The notes beneath the pieces are model-generated. The model saw only the letters and a program-made list of their open reading frames with translations. It was not told where the DNA came from and made no database searches. Made by a program: the position numbers and the translations under genes. Below, piece by piece: positions 26,092 through 37,576 of a stretch of DNA of 64,000 bases. Source of the stretch: Eledone cirrhosa (taxonomy: Eukaryota); NCBI GenBank assembly GCA_964016885.1, contig OZ024743.1, positions 308,016,001 to 308,080,000 of the forward strand. The letters are read 5' to 3'. Within the stretch, counting starts at the first letter, position 1. Each line of letters starts with the position of its first letter.

Positions 26092-26619
26092 TAAAGGGGA
26101 TGCTCTGGAGAGGAGCAATTATAGGGGTATAAAACTGATGGATCAGGTTATGAAAGTGGCAGAAAGGATATTAGCACAACTAATTAGAGAAAGGGTCAAA
26201 CTAGATGAGATGCAGTTTGGTTTTGTGCCTGGGAAAAGTACAACAGATGCCCTCTTCTTGGTGAGACAATTGCAAGAGAGGTTCTTAGAGAAGAATAAGC
26301 CACTATACTTAGCCTTTGTTGACCTAGAGAAGGCCTTTGATAGGGTACCCCGATCTGTCATCTGGTGGTCCCTAAGGAAGCTAGGTGTTGAGGAATGGCT
26401 TGTGAGGACAGTGCAAACTTTGTACAGAGGTAATCTCAGTAAAGTCAGGGTAGGAATAGAGTTTAGTGAGGAATTCCAGATACAAGTAGGAGTACATCAA
26501 GGTTCGGTCCTCAGCCCGCTCTTGTTCATTATAGTCCTCCAAGCCATAACAGAGGAGTTTAAGACTGGCTGTGCATGGGAACTTCTCTATGCTGACGATC
26601 TAGTTCTTATAGCAGAATC
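26092..26619 (+). mobile_element. RTE LINE copy 2, 5' part (interrupted by Gypsy)
   Basis: Near-identical to about 22831-23358, through LYADDL.LIAES. Confidence 0.93.
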
Positions 26620-26900
26620 TGTGGGTATGGTGTGGCGTGCGGTGGTCGGAGGCGGGGGGAGTGCTCGACCGGAAGGGGTTTTTGAGTGCTCGACCGGAAG
26701 GGGTTTTTGGCCGGAAGGATGCTCGACCGGAAGGGCCAGCAGAGGGCCTCTCTCTAGTGGTGACCAGCACACGGTGTGGACGCGAGTTTTGGGCAGCTCC
26801 CGGTGTTAAGCAGTCGGATGCACGTGGAAGAGGAGTACCTGCAGTGGAATTTAGCGGTGCCTGTGAAAAGTGGTAAGTGAGATAGCTTTTTCTAACTACA
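26620..26900 (+). repeat. 5' LTR
   Basis: TGTGGG...CTACA; 6 differences from the 3' LTR by manual alignment. Confidence 0.95.
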
Positions 26901-26953
26901 AGCTATTTCGGCAACTGAAAAAAAAAAACACTTGCCGCAAAACAAATCAGAAG

Positions 26954-27713
26954 ATGGCGACAAGACTACGGATGAACGAAGCTATCAGGGCATTCACCGG
27001 GGAAGGTGATGTTGTCGCTTGGCTGCGGAAGGTTCGGCTGGTCGCAAGCTTGCAGAAGATAGAAGACGTGGCCGGCCTCATGGCATTGTACCTCGAGGGC
27101 GACGCGCTGGTACTCTTCCTTGAGTTGGACGAGCACAGCCAAAGAGATGTGCAGAAGATTGAGAGGCGTCTGATGGATGCATTCGCCGAGGGACCGTTGG
27201 CGGCTTTTGCTAAGCTGGTGAGAATCAGGTGGAATGGTGAGCGCGTCGACATTTTCGCAGCGGAAATAAGGCGGTTGGCTATGTTGGCCGGTTACCAGGC
27301 GGAATGCGAACGCACGGTGTGGTTGGCGTTCATCAATGGATTTCCGGACGACATAGCGGTGAAACTGCAGCAAGTCCCGGGGTATAAAGAGATGGAAATG
27401 CGTTCACTGGTGGAACAAGCCCGGAACATAGCGGAAGATGCCAAAAAGAGTGTTGCGGCGATAGCGACTACGGAGGCTCAGGACACCTGTCACCGAAATG
27501 GTGAAAGGGAGGCAACCTCGGCACGCGGCCGTCCGCGTGAGTTTAGGGGGCGCTGTTTTAGGTGCCAGGGCCCGCATATGGCTAGAGACTGTAGAGTCGA
27601 AGCCGGAGATAATTTGCTACCGGTGTAAGCGACCAGGCCACATCGCTACTAACTGCAACCAGGGAAACGATCCAAGGGGAACTACTGCGCTGGTAGTTGC
27701 CCCTTACGAGTAG
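26954..27713 (+). pseudogene. gag: Gypsy gag with two zinc knuckles; frameshift near 27595
   Basis: MATRLR...; CFRCQGPHMARDC and CYRCKRPGHIATNC lie in different frames. Confidence 0.85.
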
Positions 27714-30533
27714 CGGCACTGCCCGTGGTGGAAGTCTTCGTGAGGGGGAAGCCACAGCGAGCCCTCGTGGATACGGGCTGTACGATGACACTGGTGACCG
27801 CGAGGGTGGCGCAAAGGTGGGGAGGGAAGAGCAGCGTAAGGGCAGTCGACGGCAGGAAAATTGAATGCCGAGGTCGCAGCGAGATGGAAATAGCGGTACG
27901 GGGAAGGACGATAAGGCTTTCCGCCATCGTGGTAGACAGTGTGGTGGATGGGATCGGCGTGGTTATGGGCATGGACGCGATTGGCCGTCTAGGGGGCGTC
28001 ACGGTGAACAATGTCGGTGTGTCGTTTGGCGCCGCTGCATCGGTATGCGCTGTGAGTGCACGTCATGAGAACCAGAAGGCCCACGAGGAGGAATACCCCG
28101 CTTACACTGTACAGGACAAAGACTTCAAGGCCGTGTTTGATGGGCAGCGATGGGTTGTTGAGTGGTACTGGAAGGGAGAACCACCAACACTGAAGACCAA
28201 AGTGGGCTGCTATCAACACACATTAAAGGGAAACGCTAGGAGCGAGTTCGAGCGAGAAGTAGAGAGATGGATCGAAGAGGGCATACTGCTTCCCTGGAAG
28301 GAGGAGGTGAAGTGCGGAGTATTGCCGTTGATGGCGGTGGTGCAACCCACGAAGAGCAAGGTGAGGCCGGTGCTGGACTATCGGGAGCTGAACGAGCACG
28401 TGTCATGCCACACGGGTGGCGAGGTCACGGATGTCTGTGGGGAAACCCTGCGTGAGTGGAGACGCATGACGGGGGGGTTCATCGATCGTGGATCTAAAGT
28501 CGGCTTACTTGCAGTTGCATATAGATGAGAAGCTCTGGCGGTATCAGCTGGTCAGGTATAAGGGCCGGACATATTGCCTGACCAGGCTCGGTTTTGGGCT
28601 GAGCTCCGCACCGAAGATCATGGCGGCGGTCCTCAAGACTGCTCTGGGGAGGGCTGACAAGATAAAGAGGGCTAACTCCTATATTGACGACATCCTAGTG
28701 GACGAGTCGGTGGTGTCGACGGCGGAGGTCACAAGCCATTTGCGGAGGTTTGGACTGACTGCGAAGCCATCAGAAGCATTGGAGGGAGGAGCCGCGCTGG
28801 GAATTAGGCTACGGCGAGATAAGACGGGCGTTTTGGTGTTCCAGAGGGGAAACGAAGTTCCAGAACTGGGCCCAAGTATGAATAGGCGGGAGCTTTTCTC
28901 GGTGTGTGGAAAGTTGGTGGGTCACTACCCGATCGCTGGGTGGCTCCGGACGGCATGCAGCTATGTCAAGAGACGAGCGGGAGGGGTGACTTGGAGTGAC
29001 AGATTGGGAGAGAGAATGGTGGCCATGATGCAGGAGATCGTGGGGAGGGTGAAGGCCGACGACCCAGTGCGGGGACGCTGGTACGTTCCCAAATCACAGA
29101 GCGGGACCGTATGGTGCGATGCCAGCAGCATAGCGCTGGGTGTCACGTTGGAGATAGGTGTTGAGGTCGAGGATGCAGCCTGGCTTAGAAAGAAGGACGA
29201 CTGCAGCCACATCAATGTGGCCGAGCTGGACGCGGTGTTGAGAGGGGTGAACCTCGCCCTGCGGTGGGGGCTGCGCACCATCGAGATACGCACCGACTCG
29301 GCTACTGTACTCGGATGGGTAAGATCAGTGCTCACCAATGAGAAGAGAGTGCGAACGAGAGGCGCGGTGGAGATGCTGATAAAGCGCCGCCTGGGAACGT
29401 TAGGAGAGCTGGCCACCGAGTTCGACCTGAAGCTGAGCGTAGTGTTCGTGCCCTCAAAGAAAAATAGGGCGGACATCTTAACTAGAGTGAAGAAAGCCTG
29501 GATGGAAGCGCCGGAGGAGGTAGCGGATGAGATAGCTGCCGTGTGTCGGCTGACCGAGTTAGACCTGAAGGGGTTGCATGACATGCACCACATGGGGGTG
29601 GATAGGAGCCTGTTCCTAGCCAGGAGAATCGACTCGGATGTTAGCAGACACAGTGTTCGGGAGGTGGTTAGAGGCTGCGTCCGATGTCAGTCCATTGATC
29701 CCGCCCCGGGTGTACACGAAACGGGAAGCCTCCCGGTGGATCGCGACTGGAAGCGATTAGCGGTGGATGTGACGCACTACCGGCAGGGAACGTACCCCTC
29801 GATGGTCGACTGTGGACCAGGTCGAATGGCGATATGGAGGGAGATGAAGACTGGAACGGCCGAGGAAATCGTGCGGACGTTGAGAGATGTGTTCTTGGAG
29901 CGGGACCCTGTGGATGAACTGCTGATGGACAACAGCGCAGCGTTCCGCTCGGAGGCACTGAGGGAGATGCTCGATAGATGGAAGGTGGACCGTTTCTTCA
30001 GAGTGGCGCACAGGCCGAGCGGGAATGGAATTGTGGAGCGACACCACCGGACGATCAAGGCAATGGCGGAACGGGGCCATATCTCACCAATGGAGGCAGT
30101 GTTCTGGTACAATATGTCCCCTCGGGTTGGACAGGTCAAGGAATCGGTGCCACATAGAGCAGTATTCAAATACGAGTGGTGGCACCCGTGCACGCCACCA
30201 CAACGGCCAGTGGGGAGAGAGAGTGCATTCGTGCAGGTGGGCGAAGAAGTCTGGGTTAAGCCCACAGATGCACGTTGCACATCTCAATGGGGAAGGGGAA
30301 CGGTGACGGCTGTAAATTCAAAGAACAATGTGTCCGTGGACGGGGTACCACATCATGTCCTGGATGTAAGAAGAATCACTGTGTCGACGGACTCCGAGGA
30401 AGAGGAAACCCAAGATGAGGTGGAAACCCAGAGCTCTGCCCCAATACTACAAAGATCGCAACGAAGTCGTAGACCACCGACCTGGACAGCAGACTTTCAT
30501 ATGCAGAGGGACGAGGGGGAAATTGATCCTTGA
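27668..30533 (+). pseudogene. pol: Gypsy pol (protease, RT, RNase H, integrase); frameshift at the G-run near 28471-28477
   Basis: LVDTGC (PR); DLKSAY and YIDD (RT); CDAS/AEL/TDS (RNase H); HDMHH..CVRC plus D-D-E (integrase). Confidence 0.9.
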
Positions 30534-30546
30534 GATCAGGGGGGCG

Positions 30547-30827
30547 TGTGGGTATGGTGTGGCGTGCGGTGGTCGGAGGCGGGGGGAGTGCTCGACCGGA
30601 AGGGGTTTTTGAGTGCTCGACTGGAAGGGGTTTTTGGCCGGAAGGATGCTCGACTGGAAGGGCCAGCAGAGGGCCTCTCTCTAGTGGTGACCAGCACACG
30701 GTGTGGACGCGAGTTTTGGGCAGCTCCCGGTGTTAAGCAGTCGGGCGCACGTGGAAGAGGAGTACCTGCAGTGGAATTTAGCGGCGCCTGTGAAAAGCGG
30801 TAAGTGAGATAGCTTTTTCTAACTACA
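30547..30827 (+). repeat. 3' LTR
   Basis: Direct repeat of 26620-26900. Confidence 0.95.
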
Positions 30828-31786
30828 GAATCAGTAGAGGAGCTAGAGAATAAATTCTGGTTATGGAAACAACTGTTGGAAGCAAGAGGACTGAGAGTGA
30901 ACCTAACTAAGACAAAAGTGTTGATGAGTAGAAAAGAGGACAAAACTCTGATTCCGTCAGGTAAATGGCCATGTTCGATATGCAGAAAAGGAACTGGCAT
31001 AAATTCTATAAAATGCACACAATGCAGATCCTGGGTACACAAGAGATGTAACGGGATAGCAGGCAAACTAACAGGTAGGGAGAAATATGTATGCAGTAGA
31101 TGTACAGGGAAATTAGACAGTAGAAGTAGCATTGATAGACACATTTTTCAAATGCAGGAGGGCGCTATAGAAGTGGTGGATAGCTTCCGGTACCTAGGAG
31201 ATCAGATTAGCATGGGAGGAGGTTGTTCCGAGGCCATAGTATCTAGAATAAGGACGGGTTGGAAGAAGTTTAGGGAGCTGCTTCCTCTGTTGACGAAGAA
31301 GGGTTTCTCCCTGCATACGAAAGGCCGGTTGTATGATGCCTGTGTGAGGAGCGCGATGCTGCATGGTAGTGAGACATGGGCAGCAACTGCAGAGGATATG
31401 CGACGGCTGGAGAGAAATGAGGCAAGCATACTCCGTTGGATGTGCAGTGTAAATGTGCGTGAACGACCCAGCATAAATGTGTTGAGAGAGAAACTGTGTC
31501 TGAGAGGGCTAGAATGTAGTGTACGGGAGAGGAGACTGAGGTGGTATGGACATGTGATTCGCATGGAGGATGACCGATGGGTGAAGAAGTGCTAGGAAAT
31601 GGCAGTTGAAGGAAGACGTGGTAGAGGTAGACCACAAAAAACATGGGCGGAGGTGGTGAGAACAGACCTCAGATCATTGAAGCTCACGGTGGAGATGACG
31701 AAGGACCGTTTCGAGTAGAGAGATGCTGTGCTGAATAATAGCCGTCCCACCCTTGCAAGCAGGGAAAAGCGGACGTATGATGATGA

Positions 31787-31790
<4 letters not shown>
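30828..31790 (+). mobile_element. RTE LINE copy 2, 3' part
   Basis: Resumes at GAATCAGTAGAGGAG exactly as in copy 1; PHD-like finger; TAG stop at 31593; (TGA)n tail. Confidence 0.93.
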
Positions 31791-31828
<38 letters not shown>

Positions 31829-32518
31829 TCATCATCATCATCATTTAACGTCCACCTTCCATGCTAGCATATATATATACTGGTATCTACCTGTCTATGG
31901 TAGGGCCAATAACATTATTAGAACTCCATGTAGTCTAAAAATAATCATTCCTACAAGATCAGGTGATGAGTGTTCTTGTTTTTGTAGTAGGCTTTCATGA
32001 TCATTCCTTACAAGGTGGACTGTGTGCTTTTTATTGTGTCACCAACGCAATCACATTACAGGGTGGGTCAGGTGCTTTTTGTCACATCAGTAACACAACC
32101 ACTTTTTATTGTGTCACGAGCATGAACACTTTACAGGAAGCTTTTAATAATTTCAGCAGCATTGTAGGGAGAGCATGTCCAGCTTTCCATGCTTGTATGT
32201 ATGGGTTGGACAAGATATATGTACCAGATGTAGAAAGTGGTGAGAGGGGGGGGGGTTGTGTGTGTATACAGGATGGGGATTGGAGAGCTAGGTCTATGGT
32301 GGGGGTACTTAGCTGGTGAAGTGTAGAATATTAAGATGTAGGAAGTGTATGGAAGGGGCAGTTAAAAGTGATGCATACTAGTGGAAAGGCACATGGAAAG
32401 GCAGGTCTTCTGTAGTACTGCATAATGCCAGAGATATCAATGCCTAGTATCGCTTTTGAGGTCAGCTTTTATCATTTCATCCAAAACTTTCCTAGACCTT
32501 CATCTCCCATAATTATAT

Positions 32519-35500
32519 ATCATCATCATCGTTTAACGTCCATGTTCCACGCTTGCATGGGTTTGGACGGGGGTTTTCCCACTTGAGGCAAGAGTGATTG
32601 TCTTGCTCGCATAGGACTGTCTGGCAGGTTTTCTACAGTTGGATGCCCTTCCTAACACCAACCACATTTACAGTGTGGGACTGGGAGGTTTTTACCGTGT
32701 TGCCTACACGGCCACATTACAGCGTGGACTGTGTGTTTTTTGTCGTGACCCCTACACGATCTCATTTGTTTCGGCCTGGATGTTGTGGCACCAACATAAC
32801 TTTACATTGAAAGGGGCGGTGTGGATGGGGTCGGGGTGGTGGGACGGGGGTGTATTTTATTAGAGATGCCTACTGCTGTAGTAGGTTTTACTTTGTATTT
32901 AGGTAAGGCGGGTCTTCTCTATTACTGAGTACCGCCAAAGGTCTCGGTCCAGTGATATTGTCTTGGAGAGGTCTAAGTGTGTGAGGTCGGAATTTATCAG
33001 CTCGTCCCAGGTTTTTCTGGGTCTGCCTACACCGTAGCTACCGTCTATCTTTATTGCCCTGCACTTTGTTATACAGCTGTCGTCTTTCATGCGCATCACG
33101 TGACCATACCAACGTAGCCTTCTCTCGAGTAAACAACATCTGATCCCTCTTATTTCTAATTTTTTTCCTTAGTTCGCTTATGCTTTGCTGTTCACGTATA
33201 TTACTATTACACATCCAGCGGAGCATGCAAGCTTCGTTCCTCTCTAGTCTGCGTATATCCTCTGCACACAATGCCCAGGTCTCACTGCCATGCAACATTG
33301 CTGTTCGTATGCAGGCATCATACAACCTGCCTTTCATTTTTAGGGAGAACCCTTTAGTGGCTAATAGTGGTATAAGCTCTCTGAACTTTTTCCATCCAGT
33401 TCTGACTCTAGCTACTGTACTTTCAGAGCACCCTCCCCCACTGCTGATTTTGTCACCCAGGTAACGGAAGCTATCCACTATTTCTATAGGACCCTCTGCG
33501 CAATTGAAAGAGCTAGTATTTTGTGGGCATTTGCTGCTACTTATTGCACCAGAGCACCGGCCACATGTAAAATCTATGTTCTTAGTTAGCTTACCTGTGA
33601 TCCCACTACATCTTTTATGCACCCATACTTTGCATTTGGGACATAAAATGGAGTTTCTACCTACGCCTTTCCTACACACTGAGCATGGCCATTTCCCGGA
33701 AGGGACCGTCGCCTTATTTTCTTTCCTACAAACTAGAACTTTAGTCTTAGCCAGGTTAATTTTAAGCCCTTTTGATTCTAGGCCATGCTTCCATGTTTGG
33801 AATTTCTTCTCTAGTTCGGCCATTGATTCAGCTATGAGCGTTAGATCATCTGCGTATAGGAGTTCCCATGGGCAGCCGGTCTTGAACTCCACTGTTATAG
33901 CCTGGAGGGCAATAATAAATAGTAGGGGGCTAAGAACAGAGCCCTGATGAACACCAACTTTTACACTAAAAGAGCGTCTGTGGTACTTTTGCCTGACACA
34001 AAACCGAACTGCATTTCATCTAGATCAATTCTCTCTCTGATTAGTTGCGCTATAACTTTTTCGGTGACCTTCATGACCTGGTCGATTAATTTAATGCCTC
34101 TATAGTTACTCCTATCTAGGGCATCTCCTTTACCCTGGTAACAGTTAATGATGATGCTGCTACGCCAGTCCTTCGGAACAACCCCATTCTGTATGACTTG
34201 GTTTACTATCCGGGTGACCATGGTGTGTCCCACCGTTCCAGAGGCTTTCAGCATCTCAGCAACTATTTCCGAAGGCCCAGCCGCCTTACCCATCTTCATA
34301 TCTTTGATTGCCTTACTTATTATACTACCTCCGACTAACACTGCCGGTCCCTCTATTGGGTCGATGTGGGGGAGACTGTCTTTCTCCCATTTATTCTCCT
34401 CATTTAGAAGCCTTTCGTAGTGACACTTCCAAGCGACCTTATTAGCGTCAGTGATGGCAAGTACACCATCATCATTAAGTACACACTTCTCCCCGACAAT
34501 ATCACGGTTTTCCTTGACACATTGCCTAGCAATCCTGAACACCTCACGTTTTTGGTCCTCACGTTGTAGAACATGCTTGAACTTTCTTTCCTCTGCTTCT
34601 CTTCTTGCGAAGTACACTTGTCTCCTAGCTTCCCTCCTGGCTACTTGATAGTCTTCTCTACTTCCCCCATCCCGCCATACTTTCCAAGCCTGCTTTTTGG
34701 CCTTAATTGACTCCTCCACCTTACTGTTCCACCACCATGTTACTCTCCTCCTACCTACGGGCCTGCTCCAGCCACAGACTTCGTCTGCCACCGTCAGCAG
34801 GTTTGCTTTCAGGAATTCCCACTGTTCCTCTATATTATCTGACTCTAATTGCTCTTCCTTACTGTCGAAAGCATCGAGTAACATGCTTTGGAATTTATTT
34901 CTGGCTGTGGGGTCCTTTAACTTCCATATTTTTCTCCTGAGGATAGTCCTCTTCTGTTGTCTAGTACGTCTCGTCCTGACTATGAGGTCGCTAATTAGTA
35001 GTCTATGTTGGGAGGTGCATTCCTCATGGGGGAGGGATTTAGTGTTTACAACAGACACTCTGTCACGTCCTCTGGTAAGGATATAATCCACCTGGCTGGT
35101 ATGTTCCCCCGATCTGTAGGTGATCAAGTGATTGTCTCGTTTTTTGAAGTTAGTGTTACAGATAGTTAGGTTATTTGCATCACAGAATTCCAGGATTCTG
35201 GAGCCTTCCTCATTTCTAGTGCCAAACCCATAGCCTCCATGGATTCCGTCATAGCCGTCACAATGTTGACCAACGTGGCCATTTAGGTCGCCTGCAATAA
35301 TTATATAGTCACTGTCGGTTATTTGGGAGGTAGTGAGCATCAGTGTCTCATAGAATCTGTCTTTTATAGCGCCAGGGAGTCCGGATTGGGGCGCGTATGC
35401 CGATATTACTGTCACAGTAGTTCTATTTAGAACAAGTCTTATTTTAATTATTCTGTCATTTACTCTATTTACATCTATTATCTTATCCACCCATTTTTCT

Positions 35501-35636
35501 GCTAACATGATTCCTACCCCACCTATCCCATTGTCATTTCCCACCCAGAAGAGCTTATAGCAACGTTTTTTACCCACAATGAATCTAGCAGACCCGCCCC
35601 TCCACCTGGTCTCTTGGATACAGCAAACATCAACCT

Positions 35637-35640
<4 letters not shown>
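32519..35640 (-). mobile_element. RTE LINE of a second subfamily (APE, RT, PHD-like finger, long 3' UTR) with an internal deletion
   Basis: CIQETRW, AYAPQ, AGDLNGHVG, LYADD; jumps from DALLV to VGVHQG near 33960; 3' UTR of about 380 bp ending (GAT)n; 5' end abuts a TA array. Confidence 0.92.
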
Positions 35641-35687
<47 letters not shown>

Positions 35688-35692
<5 letters not shown>

Positions 35693-36090
35693 CAGTATAT
35701 ATAGAAAACATACAGAAAGAGGTATGTGTTCAATCACAGGGGACAGATACCACCAGAGTGAAAAACCATATTGTCTACGAACAGAATGGAGCATACATAT
35801 CAATTAAAAGAATAAATTAAAATTTACAGACCATTAATTTATAACTATATCTCCTGGACATGTAAGTCGTCAACGGTATGATTCTACACTTTATTTGCGG
35901 TGTAACATGAACACAGCATGTCCAGGAGATATTGTTATAAACGAATGGTCTGTACATTTTAATTTATTATTTTAATTGATATGTATTCTCCATTCCGTTC
36001 GTAGACAATATGGTTTTTACTCTGGTGGTATTCTATCCCCTATCATTAAACTCATACCTCTTTCTGTATTTTTCTCTATATACTGTCTTG
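35688..36090. mobile_element. Fold-back MITE with arms of about 175 bp
   Basis: 35688-35862 is an imperfect reverse complement of 35917-36090; TA flanks. Confidence 0.85.
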
Positions 36091-36131
36091 TAAAGAGCCT
36101 GGAATCTATTCCTTGAGCCCATTACATTATA

Positions 36132-36320
36132 GGCGGTGGATTGGCAGTATCGGTAGAGGGTCAGACGCCATGCTTTGACGCATAGTTACGGCCCTTTCCA
36201 ATCTGAGTTCAAATCCCGCCAAGGTTAACTTTGCCTTTCATCCTTATGGGGTCGATAAAATAAAGTACCAGTAATACACTGGGTAATTGCTGGTCTTGTG
36301 CCAAAAGTAGAAACAATTAT
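36132..36320 (+). mobile_element. Second-family SINE
   Basis: Matches 5186-5372. Confidence 0.8.
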
Positions 36321-36447
36321 TATTATAGGAAATTAATGTGAGTTTTTAACTCCGTTTTTGAATTTTATATATACATACACTGTCACATTTATACACACAT
36401 ACACACTGTCACATTTATACACACACACACATACACACTGTAACATT

Positions 36448-36494
<47 letters not shown>

Positions 36495-36561
36495 TAAAGT
36501 GGTTGGCATAAGAAAGGTCGTCCAGCTGTAGAAACCATATCAAACTGGAACATATGACGAG

Positions 36562-37576
36562 GGTGTGGTCATCTGTTGAGTCTCAGGACAGGTGTGGTCA
36601 TCTGTTGAGTCTCGGGACAGGTGTGGTCATCTGTTGAGTCTAGTCTCAGGACAGGTGTGGTCAACTGTCCAGTCTAGTCTCAGGACAGGTGTGGTCATAT
36701 GTCCAGTCTAGTCTCAGGACAGGTGTGGTCATCTGTCCAGTCTATTCTCAGGACAGGTGTGGTCATCTGTCCAGTCTAGTCTCAGGACAGGTGTGGTCAT
36801 CTGTCCAGTCTAGTCTCAGGACAGATGTGGTCAACTGTCCAGTCTAGTCTCAGGGCAGGTGTGGTCATCTGTCCAGTATAGTCTCAGGACAGATGTGGTC
36901 AACTGTCCAGTCTAGTCTCAGGACAGGTGTGGTCAACTGTCCAGTATAGTCTCAGGACAGATGTGGTCAACTGTCCAGTATAGTCTCAGGACAGGTGTGG
37001 TCAACTGTCCAGTATAGTCTCAGGACAGGTGTGGTCAACTGTCCAGTCTAGTCTCAGGACAGGTGTGGTCAACTGTCCAGTCTAGTCTCAGGACAGGTGT
37101 GGTCAACTGTCCAGTCTAGTCTCAGGACAGGTGTGGTCAACTGTCCAGTCTAGTCTCAGGACAGGTGTGGTCAACTGTCCAGTCTAGTCTCAGGACAGGT
37201 GTGGTCAACTGTCCAGTCTAGTCTCAGGACAGGTGTGGTCAACTGTCCAGTCTAGTCTCAGGACAGGTGTGGTCAACTGTCCAGTCTAGTCTCAGGACAG
37301 GTGTGGTCAACTGTCCAGTCTAGTCTCAGGACAGGTGTGGTCAACTGTCCAGTCTAGTCTCAGGACAGGTGTGGTCAACTGTCCAGTCTAGTCTCAGGAC
37401 AGGTGTGGTCTTCTGTTCAGTCTAGTCTCAGGACAGGTGTGGTCTTCTGTTCAGTCTAGTCTCAGGACAGGTGTGGTCAACTGTTCAGTCTAGTCTCAGG
37501 ACAGGTGTGGTCAACTGTCCAGTCTAGTCTCAGGACAGGTGTGGTCAACTGTCCAGTCTAGTCTCAGGACAGGTGT
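36562..37576 (+). repeat. 34-bp minisatellite, about 29 copies, with internal dyad
   Basis: CAGGACAGGTGTGGTCAACTGTCCAGTCTAGTCT head-to-tail with no spacers. Confidence 0.95.

Larger units (their letters stand above)
26620..30827 (+). mobile_element. Full-length Ty3/Gypsy LTR retrotransposon
   Basis: 281-bp TG...CA LTRs; GAATC TSD at 26615-26619 and 30828-30832; gag-PR-RT-RH-IN order; purine tract before the 3' LTR. Confidence 0.97.

Noticed and set aside
28961-29593. Antisense ORF within Gypsy pol (and antisense ORFs within RTEs)
   Set aside because: Shadow frames of coding sequence with no recognisable motifs.
36562-37576. CRISPR-like 34-bp palindromic repeats
   Set aside because: Units are head-to-tail with no unique spacers, there are no cas genes, and the context is a eukaryotic intron.
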